Source: Planctomycetota bacterium (GTDB lineage: Bacteria > Planctomycetota > B15-G4). From it: DNA of 64,000 bases. The stretch covers positions 160,001 through 224,000 of the forward strand of contig JBBQUR010000001.1 in the NCBI GenBank assembly GCA_038212275.1, written 5' to 3'. Position 1 is the first letter of the stretch, and the number at the start of each line of letters is the position of its first letter. Position numbers and translations under genes: made by a program. Shown one piece after another: positions 12,973 to 24,462 of the stretch. Below the pieces are notes generated by a model. The model was not told the origin of the DNA. It worked only from the letters and a program-made list of their open reading frames with translations, and did no database searches.

Positions 12973-13910
12973 GCGTGTCCGACCTGCGCAGGCCACCGCG
13001 ACGGTTTTCCGGACCGATGATCGCGTGCTTCGACGCGCTGCGCTGGCTGACGAGCCGCGTGTGGCCCGGCCGGAAACTCTATGCGCGCAGCCTGGCGCAC
13101 GGCGGCCTGCGCCTCGAGCGCCTCGATGTCGACGTGCCCGGTCTGCCGGCGGCGCTGGACGGCCTGCGCCTCGTGCAACTCAGCGACCTGCACGCGGGCT
13201 GCTTCCTCGACGAGGCGAGCATGCAGCCGGTGATCTCTCTCGCGCGCGCCTGCACGCCGCACCTGCTGCTGCTCACCGGCGACTTCATCACGACCACGGC
13301 GGACGACGTGCGCCTGCTCGGCGTGTCGCTCGGTCGCATCGACGCGCCGCTGGGCAAGTTCGCCGTCTTCGGCAACCACGACTACCGCGGCCGGCGCGAG
13401 GGCGAGCTGGTCGCGGCCCTGCGACGCCAAGGCGTGACGGTGCTGCGCAACACGACTGTGCATGTCACGCACGAGGGCCAGCGGCTCGCGATCACGGGTC
13501 TCGAGGACATCGAGGAAAGCAAGGGCGCGGACCTGGACGCTGCGCTCACCGGGCAGTCCGGCGACGAGGTCGTGCGCGTGCTGCTCTGCCATCACCCCGA
13601 CGTCGTGGACGCGCTGCCGCCCGGTCGTTTTCATCTGGTGCTGTCCGGCCACACGCACGGCGGGCAGATCGTGCTGCCCGGCGTGTCCGCGCTGCTCTCG
13701 CGCTGGTTGCCGCGACGGGTGCGCGGAGATTTTCAGCTTCCCGGCGGAGGGTTGCTGCACGTGAACCGCGGCATCGGCGTGCTCATCGTGCCGTTCCGCG
13801 TGGGGGCGCGCGCCGAGGTGACCTGCCTCACGCTGCGTCGCGCAACACGCGATGACCGGTCCGGGGTTTCGCGCACGGTTCCCGCGGCGGCGGGCGGGCA
13901 CGGCACGTGA
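12969..13910 (+). CDS. Metallophosphoesterase (YkuE/YaeI-like)
   Basis: SDLH, TGD, FGNHDY, LCHHPD, LSGHTHGGQI, VNRGIG. Confidence 0.92.
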   Translation: MSVSDLRRPPRRFSGPMIACFDALRWLTSRVWPGRKLYARSLAHGGLRLERLDVDVPGLPAALDGLRLVQLSDLHAGCFLDEASMQPVISLARACTPHLLLLTGDFITTTADDVRLLGVSLGRIDAPLGKFAVFGNHDYRGRREGELVAALRRQGVTVLRNTTVHVTHEGQRLAITGLEDIEESKGADLDAALTGQSGDEVVRVLLCHHPDVVDALPPGRFHLVLSGHTHGGQIVLPGVSALLSRWLPRRVRGDFQLPGGGLLHVNRGIGVLIVPFRVGARAEVTCLTLRRATRDDRSGVSRTVPAAAGGHGT

Positions 13911-16360
13911 ACGGTCGCCGTCTCGCGCTTTTCGTGCTCGAGGCCGCGCTGCTGGCGCTCGCCGCGTGGGCTGCCTGGCCCGCGCCGGAGCGGCCCTGGC
14001 AGCCGTTCTCGGCGACCGGTGTCGTCGAGGTGCAGTTCCCGGGCGGCACCGGCGTCGCAGCGGATGTCTGGTCGTCGCAGGGACGTCTCGGCGCGCGGCG
14101 CGTCGCGCTGCTCGTGTTCAGGGAACTCCAGGAACCCGAGTCGCTGGAAGTCGAGGAGCCGAAGGGCCAGATGGAACTCCTGCTCGGCGCGCCGGACGGC
14201 AGTGACGGCAGCCTCAAGCTCGACGAACATGGCGCCGTCTTCGGCGTCGCAGGATCGGGGCAGCCCGACCGGCGTCTGGAGGTCGATCACGTCCGGCACG
14301 CGGAACTCGTCTGGGAGCAGGGCGCCTATCGCGCCCTGGTGGACGGTCAGCAGGTCGGCGAGCCGATCTCCGGGTCGGCGCCCGGCGGACCCGCGCACCT
14401 GCGGCTGTCGACCGGCGCCTCACTGGCAAGCGTGCTGTGCTCGACACGCGGCGGCGATGCCCGGCGCGCGCAGGGCGCTCCGGCCGCACCGGGCACGCAG
14501 CGCCTGATCTGGGCGCTGCTCGCGGGGCTGCTCGGCTTGTTCTGCCTCAACGACTGGGTGCCCATGGTGAACGGCGGCCGCGCCGTGAGCGCCGCAGGCC
14601 GCATCGCAGGCTGTCTCGCCGCGCTGGCGCTCGCCTGCGGCGTGGCGTGGTCCTTGCGCGAGCACAACCTCGAGCGACTCACGACCACTCCCGAGACCTG
14701 CGAACAGCAACCACTGTCGCTGCCCGGGGAGCAGGCGGTTTTTCCGGGGCATCCGCTGCCGCTGGGCGAGCGCCGCGACGGGGACTTCACGCTGAACGCC
14801 CGGGTCGTGCTGCAGGAGCGCAGCGCCGTGGACCTGCTGCTGCGCGCGGAGCTGCCGAGGATCGACCGGCAGATCCTGGTCACGCTCAGCTCCGATCCCG
14901 CGCTGCCCTCGGGCGTGTCGCGCAACCTCGGCACCTTCCTGAAGACCACTCCGGCAGCGCGCGGGCTGGAGCAACTCCCCGCGGGACAACCGCTCGCACT
15001 GGAAGTGCGCTGCCGCGACGAACGCACCGAAGTCTTCGTCGACGGCAAGGCTTTCGGCAGCGTGGCGGACCTGGACCTGCGCGCGGGACGCACGGCCTTT
15101 CACGCGCTGTCCGGCAGCGCCACCGTCTCCGCGCTGGAGCTGCAGCCCACCGGCCAGCCACGCGCTCTCGACAGCACCCTGCTCGCCTGGGAAGGGGGTG
15201 CCGCGGTCGCGGCGGCGGCTGCGCTGATCCTCCTGGTGCTGCGCAGCGGTCGCGGTCTCGGAGGGCTCCTGTGGTGCTGGCCGCTCGCGGCGGCTGTCGC
15301 GCCGTTTGCGCCCGATCCGCTGCTCCTCCCGCTGCTCGCACTCTCCGGCGTGCTGCTGTTGTTCACGCCTCGCGCGGGGCATCGGCTCATGGTCTGGGTC
15401 ACGGGCGCCGTCCTGATCGGCCTGACCTGGTGGGCGCACGAAGAGCGCGTGCCCGCACTGTCGCCGCTCATCCTGAACCAGCTGGCTCCCACGGACTTCA
15501 CCGGTCCGCCGATCGATGCGCGCTACATCTGGGCGCGCCATCCGCTCTGCCGCCGCTTCAACGGCTACATCAAGGACCAGACGCTGCGCGATGAGGCGGT
15601 CACGGCGGAAAAGGCGCCCGGCACTCTGCGCATCGTGACGCTCGGCAGTTCGTCCACGTTCGGCTACGGCGTCAGCGCACGCGACACGTGGTCGGCCCAG
15701 CTGGAAATGCTGCTCTCGTATCTGTGGCCCAAGCGCACGGTGCAGGTCGTCAATGCAGGCGTCCCCGGAGCCACCGCCGAGCGCCTGCTCTACTTCCTGC
15801 AGGGCGTGCTGCTGGACCTGCATCCCGACGCGGTGGTCATCGACCTCTCCTTCAACGACCACATCATGGGGGGCACGCACGACGAGCGCGCGCACTTCGC
15901 CGCGCTGACGAGCACGGGCATCGGGCCGCTCGAGGGGCTGCTGGCGGACTGGCGCGCCAGTCGCCAACGACGGGGCTGGCAGGCGCTCGTCTCGGCCGAG
16001 AAGGCCGGTCGTCCGCTGGATGCCGCGGACGTGAAGCGCTACTCCACCGAGCCCGCCGCGCGGTTCGGGGACAGCATCCGCGACATGGTGCGAGCCTGCC
16101 AGGCGGCGGGGGTGGCGGTGCTGCTCGTCCAGGAGCCGACGCGCCCCGGTGAGACGACTCCCTGGCTGGAGGCGTATCACGCCGAGCTGGCGGCGATCGG
16201 CCTCGAACTCGGCGTGCCTGTGGTCGGCCCGCAGCCCGAGCTGGATGCGGCCAAGGGCCCGCTCTACCTCGACGTGGTGCATCCGAATGGCGAGGGACAC
16301 CGCATCATCGCTCGGGTCGTCGGCGGCGGCATCGCGGGCCTGCTCGGTCCGGGGCGCTGA
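13907..16360 (+). CDS. Multi-pass membrane protein with beta-sandwich segments and C-terminal SGNH/GDSL hydrolase domain
   Basis: LGSSSTFGYG, VVNAGVPG, FND, DVVHPNGEGH; several TM clusters. Confidence 0.8.
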   Translation: MNGRRLALFVLEAALLALAAWAAWPAPERPWQPFSATGVVEVQFPGGTGVAADVWSSQGRLGARRVALLVFRELQEPESLEVEEPKGQMELLLGAPDGSDGSLKLDEHGAVFGVAGSGQPDRRLEVDHVRHAELVWEQGAYRALVDGQQVGEPISGSAPGGPAHLRLSTGASLASVLCSTRGGDARRAQGAPAAPGTQRLIWALLAGLLGLFCLNDWVPMVNGGRAVSAAGRIAGCLAALALACGVAWSLREHNLERLTTTPETCEQQPLSLPGEQAVFPGHPLPLGERRDGDFTLNARVVLQERSAVDLLLRAELPRIDRQILVTLSSDPALPSGVSRNLGTFLKTTPAARGLEQLPAGQPLALEVRCRDERTEVFVDGKAFGSVADLDLRAGRTAFHALSGSATVSALELQPTGQPRALDSTLLAWEGGAAVAAAAALILLVLRSGRGLGGLLWCWPLAAAVAPFAPDPLLLPLLALSGVLLLFTPRAGHRLMVWVTGAVLIGLTWWAHEERVPALSPLILNQLAPTDFTGPPIDARYIWARHPLCRRFNGYIKDQTLRDEAVTAEKAPGTLRIVTLGSSSTFGYGVSARDTWSAQLEMLLSYLWPKRTVQVVNAGVPGATAERLLYFLQGVLLDLHPDAVVIDLSFNDHIMGGTHDERAHFAALTSTGIGPLEGLLADWRASRQRRGWQALVSAEKAGRPLDAADVKRYSTEPAARFGDSIRDMVRACQAAGVAVLLVQEPTRPGETTPWLEAYHAELAAIGLELGVPVVGPQPELDAAKGPLYLDVVHPNGEGHRIIARVVGGGIAGLLGPGR

Positions 16361-16549
16361 TTTTCAGGTGCGCGCGGCGCGGGTGCGCGGTCGTGCGCCT
16401 TCCGCTGCACCGGGGCTTTCGATAAACTGAGCCTCCTTTCGGGTTCCCTCGCACGGTGGATAGCGACCGGACCCCGCTTTCCATGCCGACCCCGCCCGCC
16501 GGCCCGCTCCCCCGGGGCCGGCACAGACGCAAGAAGGTTCATTGCACCC

Positions 16550-17731
16550 ATGACCGACGTCGTCATCGCCAGCGCCTGCCGCACCCCGATCGGCAAGTTC
16601 CAAGGAGCCCTCGCGGGGATGACGGCTCCGCAGCTCGGTGCCCACGTGCTGCGCGAGGCGCTCACCCGCGCCGGCGTGCGCGCCGAAGACGTGAACGAGG
16701 TCATCATGGGTTGCGTGCTGACGGCGGGCATCGGCCAGGCTCCGGCGCGGCAGGCCTCGCGCGCGGCGGGCATTCCCGACCACACCTCGGCCCTCACCGT
16801 GAACAAGGTCTGCGGCTCGGGCCTGAAGGCCGTCGTGCTCGCGGCGCAGGCCATCAAGTGCGGCGACGCCGACGTGGTGCTCGCCGGCGGCATGGAGTCC
16901 ATGTCCAACGTGCCGTACTACCTGCCCGATGCGCGCAACGGGATGCGCCTCGGCCACAGCAAGGTGATCGACGGCCTGATCCACGACGGCCTCTGGGATC
17001 CCTACTACGACATGCACATGGGCCTCACCGCCGAGGCCGTCTGCAAGGAATACGGCGTCTCGCGTCAGGCGCAGGACGAGTGGGCGGTGGAGAGCCATCG
17101 CCGCGCGCTCGCCGCGCAGAAGTCCGGGGCCTTCAAGGCCGAGATCGCGCCCGTCGCGATGAAGCCGAAGAAGGGCGACCCGTGGTCCTTCGACACCGAC
17201 GAAGGGCCGCGCGCCGACGCCACGGTGGAGGGCCTCTCCAAGCTGCGCCCTGCCTTCGACAAGACCGGCATGGTGACCGCGGGCAACAGCAGCACGATCA
17301 ACGACGGCGCCGCGGCGCTGGTGATCACGTCCGCCGACAAGGCCAAGGCGCTGGGTCTCAAGCCGCTCGCACGCATCACCGGCTACGCCACCGGCGGCAC
17401 GGACCCCAAGTGGGTGATGATGGCGCCGGTCGAGGCCGTGAAGAATCTCGAGACGCGCACCGGCCGGAAGCTCTCCGGCTTCGACCTCATCGAGCTCAAC
17501 GAGGCCTTCGCGAGCCAGTGCGTGGCAGTGTCCACGCTGTGGAAGGCCGATGCGGCCCGCATCAACGTGAATGGCGGCGCCGTGGCGCTGGGGCATCCGA
17601 TCGGCGCGTCGGGCGCGCGCATATTGACCACGCTGATCCACGCGCTGCGGACGCGAGGCCTCAAGCAGGGCCTGGCGACGCTGTGCCTCGGCGGCGGCGG
17701 CGCGGTCGCCATGTCGGTCGAAACCCTTTGA
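16550..17731 (+). CDS. atoB: Acetyl-CoA C-acetyltransferase (thiolase)
   Basis: [52 protein letters not shown]. Confidence 0.95.
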   Translation: MTDVVIASACRTPIGKFQGALAGMTAPQLGAHVLREALTRAGVRAEDVNEVIMGCVLTAGIGQAPARQASRAAGIPDHTSALTVNKVCGSGLKAVVLAAQAIKCGDADVVLAGGMESMSNVPYYLPDARNGMRLGHSKVIDGLIHDGLWDPYYDMHMGLTAEAVCKEYGVSRQAQDEWAVESHRRALAAQKSGAFKAEIAPVAMKPKKGDPWSFDTDEGPRADATVEGLSKLRPAFDKTGMVTAGNSSTINDGAAALVITSADKAKALGLKPLARITGYATGGTDPKWVMMAPVEAVKNLETRTGRKLSGFDLIELNEAFASQCVAVSTLWKADAARINVNGGAVALGHPIGASGARILTTLIHALRTRGLKQGLATLCLGGGGAVAMSVETL

Positions 17732-17759
17732 TCGCCACGGTGGCCTGCGGAGTCCCGGC

Positions 17760-18611
17760 ATGATCGCCAGCGTCGCCGTCATCGGCTCGGGCACCATGGG
17801 CAACGGCATCGCGCAGGTGCTGGCCCAGAAGGGCAAGCGCGTCACGCTCGTGGACATCGAGGACGCGCGGCTCGACAAGGCCATGAAGGCCATCGAGGGC
17901 AGCCTGCAGCGCGTGGCGAAGAAGGGCGGGCTGCCGGAAGGCGAGATCCCGTCGGTGCTCGCCCGCATCGGCCGCAGCACGAGCGTGGCCGAGGCGGCGG
18001 CCGGCGTCGAGCTGGTCATCGAGGCCGTCTCCGAGAACCTCGAGCTCAAACAGCGCCTCTTCACGCAGCTGGACGCCGCGGCTCCCCCGGCGACGATCCT
18101 CGCGAGCAACACCTCGTCCATTTCGATCACGCTGCTCGCCGCGCGGACGAAGCGCGCGGACCGCGTCATCGGCATGCACTTCATGAATCCGGTGCCGGTC
18201 ATGAAGCTTGTCGAGATCATTCGCGGACTCGACACGAGCGACGAGACGACGGCCACCGTGAACGGGCTCGCCGAGGAACTGGGCAAGGTGGCCGTGCCCG
18301 CGAACGACTTTCCGGGCTTCGTGAGCAACCGCGTGCTCATGCCCATGATCAACGAGGCGATCTTCTGCGTGATGGAGGGCGTCGCTCAGCCCGCGGCCAT
18401 CGACGAGATCATGAAGCTGGGCATGGCCCACCCGATGGGGCCGCTCGCACTGGCCGACCTGATCGGCCTCGACACCTGCCTGTCCATCATGGAGGTGCTG
18501 CAGCGCGACCTCGGCGACAGCAAGTACCGGCCCTGCCCGCTGCTGAAGAAGATGGTGGCCGCGGGTCACCTCGGCCGCAAGACGGGCCGCGGATTTCATA
18601 CCTACACCTGA
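17760..18611 (+). CDS. hbd: 3-hydroxybutyryl-CoA dehydrogenase
   Basis: [57 protein letters not shown]. Confidence 0.95.
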   Translation: MIASVAVIGSGTMGNGIAQVLAQKGKRVTLVDIEDARLDKAMKAIEGSLQRVAKKGGLPEGEIPSVLARIGRSTSVAEAAAGVELVIEAVSENLELKQRLFTQLDAAAPPATILASNTSSISITLLAARTKRADRVIGMHFMNPVPVMKLVEIIRGLDTSDETTATVNGLAEELGKVAVPANDFPGFVSNRVLMPMINEAIFCVMEGVAQPAAIDEIMKLGMAHPMGPLALADLIGLDTCLSIMEVLQRDLGDSKYRPCPLLKKMVAAGHLGRKTGRGFHTYT

Positions 18612-18692
18612 CGAACTGACGACGGATCGAAGCGACGGATCGAGACGTCGGCACGCAACGACGGCGACGCACGCGCGCCACGGAGTATCAGC

Positions 18693-19823
18693 TTGGATTT
18701 CGAACTGGACGAACAGCTCCTGCTGATCCGCAAGACGGCACGCGAGTTCGCGGACGCCGAGGTGGCGCCGACGGCGGACCGCCGCGACCGCGAGCACAGC
18801 TTCCCGCGCGCCGAATTCGATGCGGCGGCTGAACTGGGTTTCGCCGGCATGCTCGTGCCGGAGGAGTTCGGCGGCAGCGGCCTGGGCACGATGTCGCTTG
18901 CGATCGTGATCGAGGAGATCTCGCGCGCCTGCGCCTCGACCGGCGTCACGCTGTCGGTGCACAACAGTCTGGCGTGCAGCCCGATCGTGCGGCACGGCAC
19001 GCCGGAGCAGAAGCGCGCCTGGCTGCCGCGGCTCGCCTCCGGCGAGTTGCTCGGCGCCTACGCGCTCTCCGAGGCGAACGCCGGCAGCGACGCTGCCGCG
19101 CTGCGCTGCAAGGCGCGGCGCGACGGAGACTCCTGGGTCCTGGATGGCACCAAGCTCTGGATCACCTCGGGCAACGAGGCCGATCTCATCATCGTGTTCG
19201 CGCGCTCCGACGCCGGCATCACGGCCTTCCTCGTGCCCACGGACAGCAAGGGTTTCTCGGTCGGGAAGGTCGAGGAGAAGCTCGGCATCCGCAGCAGCAG
19301 CACGGTGGAGGTCATCCTCGACAACGTGCGCCTGCCGGCGGACCACCTGCTCGGCGTGGAGGGCAAGGGTCTCAACATCGCCTTCGACACGCTGGACGGC
19401 GGGCGCATCGGCATCGCCGCGCAGGCGCTGGGCATCGCCCAGGCGAGCCTCGACGCGTCGCTGCTCTATGCGAGCCAGCGCGAACAGTTCGGCGTGGCCA
19501 TCGGCCGTTTCCAGGCAGTGCAGTTCAAGCTCGCGCAGGTGTCGGCCGACCTCGCCGCGGCGCGGTGGATGACGTGGCGCGCCGCGTGGCTGCGCGACCA
19601 CGGCCGCCCGCACACGCTCGAAGCCGCGCAGGGCAAGCTGCTCGCCAGCCAGGTGGCCAATCGCGCCGCCGACGAGGCCGTGCAGATCCACGGGGGCGCC
19701 GGCTACACGACGGAGTTCCCCGTCGCGCGCTACTTCCGCGACGCACGCATCACGGAGATCTACGAGGGCACCTCGGAGATCCAGCGACTCGTCATCGCAA
19801 GAAAGCTCATGGCCGGCTCATGA
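18693..19823 (+). CDS. Acyl-CoA dehydrogenase (short/branched-chain type)
   Basis: ALSEANAGSDA, GTKLWITSG, EEKLGIRSS, LDGGRIGIAAQALG, QIHGGAGY, IYEGTSEIQR; TTG start. Confidence 0.93.
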   Translation: MDFELDEQLLLIRKTAREFADAEVAPTADRRDREHSFPRAEFDAAAELGFAGMLVPEEFGGSGLGTMSLAIVIEEISRACASTGVTLSVHNSLACSPIVRHGTPEQKRAWLPRLASGELLGAYALSEANAGSDAAALRCKARRDGDSWVLDGTKLWITSGNEADLIIVFARSDAGITAFLVPTDSKGFSVGKVEEKLGIRSSSTVEVILDNVRLPADHLLGVEGKGLNIAFDTLDGGRIGIAAQALGIAQASLDASLLYASQREQFGVAIGRFQAVQFKLAQVSADLAAARWMTWRAAWLRDHGRPHTLEAAQGKLLASQVANRAADEAVQIHGGAGYTTEFPVARYFRDARITEIYEGTSEIQRLVIARKLMAGS

Positions 19824-20790
19824 CGGTGGCGGCCGGTGCGGATCTCCTCGGCAGGGTGCGCGCGGGCGAGGCGCTGGCCTGCGCGCGACTCATGAGCCTC
19901 GCGGAGCGCGGGGACAGCCGCTTCGTGGCCGAATACGCGCGCTTCCACCAGGAACTCGGCCGTGCGCGGCGCTACGGCATCACCGGGCCGCCGGGCGCGG
20001 GCAAGAGCACGCTCGTCGAGGGGCTCGCGCTGCACTGGCGCGCGCTGCAACGCAGCGTCGGCGTGGTAGCCGTGGACCCGACGAGTCCGTTCTCCGGCGG
20101 CGCGCTGCTGGGTGACCGCGTGCGCATGAGCCGGCTCGCGCTCGATCCGGGCGTGTTCATCCGCTCGATGGCGACGCGCGGCGTCTTCGGCGGCCTCGCG
20201 CGCGCCAGCGACGACGTCGTCGACGTGCTCGACATCTACGGGAGCGACACGATCCTCATTGAGACCGTCGGCGTCGGACAGAGCGAAGTGGACATCGCGC
20301 GCTCCGCCGACCTCACCGTCGTCGTGCTGCATCCTGGCGGCGGCGACACGATCCAGGCGATGAAGGCCGGACTCATGGAGGTCGCCGACATCTACCTGGT
20401 GAACAAGGCGGACATGCCCGGCCTCGACCGCCTCGTCGAGCAGCTCACGGACATCCTCGACCTGCGCGACATGCCGATGGCCGAGCGCCCGCCGATCCTC
20501 ACGGCCGTGGCCTCGACGGGCGAGGGAGTACCGGCGCTCGCCGACGAACTCGACCGCATGCACGCCGCGCGGCAGGCCAGCGGGGCTCTCGCGCGGCGAC
20601 GCGCGGACAACCTCGAGAAGCGCGTGCGCCGCCTCGTCGAAGGCCGCCTGCGGCATGATATCTGGGAGGCTCTCGGCCTGGCCGAGACGCTCAGCCAGCG
20701 CATCGCGCAGATCGGACCGCATTCGGCCTGGAGCCTGGCCGACGAAATCCTCGACAGCTATCGCCGACGTCGCCCACCGGAGACTCACGC

Positions 20791-20794
<4 letters not shown>
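19820..20794 (+). CDS. meaB: Acyl-CoA mutase-associated GTPase chaperone MeaB/ArgK
   Basis: GITGPPGAGKST, VDPTSPFSGGALLGDRVRM, FIRSMATRG, IETVGVGQSE, QAMKAGLME, VNKAD; ATG 19820. Confidence 0.95.
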
Positions 20795-22452
<1,658 letters not shown>

Positions 22453-22479
22453 TCGACCACAGGGAGCAAGGCACCTGAC

Positions 22480-22899
22480 ATGGACACACCGATACGCGTG
22501 CTCGTCGCGAAGCCCGGCCTCGATGGCCTCGACCGCGGCGCCAAGGTCGTCGCCGCCGCACTGCGCGACGCCGGCATGGAGGTCATCTACGGAGGGCTGC
22601 ACCAGACTCCGGAGGCCATCGCCGAGATGGCCATCCAGGAGGACGTGGACGCCGTCGGGCTGTCCGTGCTCTCGGGCGCGCACATGCACCTTTTTCCGCG
22701 CGTGGTGAACCTGCTGACGAAAGCCGGCGCCGGGCACATGCTCGTCACCGGCGGCGGCATCATTTCCGCCGAGGACATGACGGAACTCACGAAGCTGGGT
22801 GTCGGCCGGCTCTTCGGTCCCGGCGCGACGCTGAAGGAACTCGTCGAATACATCCGTGCGGAAGTCGGCCGCCGTCGTGCGGCCGCGAGGAGTGTCTGA
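22480..22899 (+). CDS. icmB: Cobalamin-binding small subunit of acyl-CoA mutase (DxHxxG motif reads DGLDRG)
   Basis: [51 protein letters not shown]. Confidence 0.85.
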   Translation: MDTPIRVLVAKPGLDGLDRGAKVVAAALRDAGMEVIYGGLHQTPEAIAEMAIQEDVDAVGLSVLSGAHMHLFPRVVNLLTKAGAGHMLVTGGGIISAEDMTELTKLGVGRLFGPGATLKELVEYIRAEVGRRRAAARSV

Positions 22900-22900
22900 C

Positions 22901-23299
22901 ATGGCTGGCCATCCCAGAAAGACCACGCCCAATCCGATGCCCGATCACGAGATCCTGAACATCGACGGAGCGGCCGCCTTCCTCGGCGTGAGCGTGAAGA
23001 CCTTCAGCAAGGTGCTGCGCGAGGGCGACGTTCCCGGCCGCAAGGTCGGGCGCGAGTGGAAGTTCTCGCGCCAGGCGCTGGTGGATTGGGTGGGGAGTCG
23101 CACCGCGCGCGATTTCCTCGACGGCAGCGACGACACGGGGGACGACGACGCGACGCCGTCGAGCCCGCGTGATGGCGCGCCGCAGCCCGGCCGCGGACGT
23201 CCGGGCGGCGGGAACGGCGCCGGTGGCACGACCGCGCGCGAGTCGGGCGGCTCGCGCCGCAAGAAGGTGAACGACGGCTTTTCGGTGGACGAGATCTGA
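22901..23299 (+). CDS. Helix-turn-helix DNA-binding protein (HTH_17/excisionase-like) with disordered tail
   Basis: EILNIDGAAAFLGVSVKTF...GDVPGRKVGREWKFSRQALVDW. Confidence 0.85.
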   Translation: MAGHPRKTTPNPMPDHEILNIDGAAAFLGVSVKTFSKVLREGDVPGRKVGREWKFSRQALVDWVGSRTARDFLDGSDDTGDDDATPSSPRDGAPQPGRGRPGGGNGAGGTTARESGGSRRKKVNDGFSVDEI

Positions 23300-24462
23300 T
23301 GCCCGCGATCCTGGACCTTCCCGTCAGCGAGGAGCAGGAGATGCTCCGCGCCACGGTGCGCGAGTTCGCGCGCGCGGAGCTCCTTCCTCAAGCGATCGAG
23401 ATCGATCGGGACGCGCGCTTCCCGGTGGACACGTTCCGCAAGCTGGCGGAGCTCGGCATCCTCGGTCTGCCCATCCCCGAGGAGTACGAGGGCGCCGGCG
23501 TGGACAGCCAGACCACCGTCATGGTCGTCGAGGAACTTGCCAGGGTGTGCGGTTCCACGGCGCTGGGCGTCGCGGCGCACACCTCGCTCTGCCTGTGGCC
23601 GATCTACGCGTTCGGCACCGAGGAGCAGCGCCGCCGCTACGTGCCGGACCTCGCGTCCGGTCGCAAGCTGGGCGCCTTCGGCCTGACCGAGCCCAATGCC
23701 GGCAGCGACTCGGGCGGCACCCGGACGATGGCCGTGCGCGACGGCGACAGCTACGTCCTCAACGGCAGCAAGATCTTCATCACCAACGCCAACTACGCGG
23801 GGACCTTCGTGGTCACCGCGGTGACCGATCGGACGCGCGGCACGCGCGGCGGCATCAGCTCGTTCATCCTCGAGCGCGGCATGCCGGGCTTCGTCATCAA
23901 CAAGGGCGACGAAAAGCTCGGCATGCGCGGCAGCGACTGGGGCGAACTCTCGTTCCAGGACTGTCGCGTCAGCGCGGCCAACCGGCTCGGCGGCGAAGGC
24001 CAGGGTTTCGCCAACTTCATGAAGACGCTCGACGGCGGCCGCATCGGGATCGGCGCGCTGGCGCTGGGCCTCGCGGAGGGCGCCTGCGAGCGCAGCGTGA
24101 AGTTCGCGCAGGAGCGCGTGGCCTTCGGCAAGCCCATCGCGGAACAGCAGTCGCTGGCCTTCAAGCTCGCCGACATGGCCGTCGGCATCGAAGCCGGCCG
24201 GCTGCTCGTGCGCAACGCCGCGCAGCTCCGCGACGCGGGCAAGGCCTACTCGCGAGAGGCGGCCATCGCAAAACTCTTCTGTTCGGAGATGGCCATGAAG
24301 GTCACCTTCGATGCGATCCAGGTGCATGGTGGTTGTGGATTCACCACCGAGTACCACGTGGAGCGCATGTACCGTGATGCCAAGCTTTGCACCATCGGCG
24401 AGGGGACGAGCGAGATCCAGCGCATCGTCATCAGCCGCGACATTCTGAAGGACGGAACGTGA
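23299..24462 (+). CDS. Acyl-CoA dehydrogenase
   Basis: FGLTEPNAGSDSGG, NGSKIFITNA, KLGMRGS, LDGGRIGIG, QVHGGCGF, IGEGTSEIQR. Confidence 0.93.
   Translation: MPAILDLPVSEEQEMLRATVREFARAELLPQAIEIDRDARFPVDTFRKLAELGILGLPIPEEYEGAGVDSQTTVMVVEELARVCGSTALGVAAHTSLCLWPIYAFGTEEQRRRYVPDLASGRKLGAFGLTEPNAGSDSGGTRTMAVRDGDSYVLNGSKIFITNANYAGTFVVTAVTDRTRGTRGGISSFILERGMPGFVINKGDEKLGMRGSDWGELSFQDCRVSAANRLGGEGQGFANFMKTLDGGRIGIGALALGLAEGACERSVKFAQERVAFGKPIAEQQSLAFKLADMAVGIEAGRLLVRNAAQLRDAGKAYSREAAIAKLFCSEMAMKVTFDAIQVHGGCGFTTEYHVERMYRDAKLCTIGEGTSEIQRIVISRDILKDGT

Noticed and set aside
16361..16549. Cobalamin or other riboswitch ahead of the B12 mutase operon
   Set aside because: GC-rich hairpins are present but I could not find a B12-box or other conserved aptamer core; an Rfam/Infernal scan would be needed
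22901..23299. Excisionase as evidence of a prophage or ICE
   Set aside because: No integrase, phage genes, att repeats or composition shift; the gene is coupled within a metabolic operon
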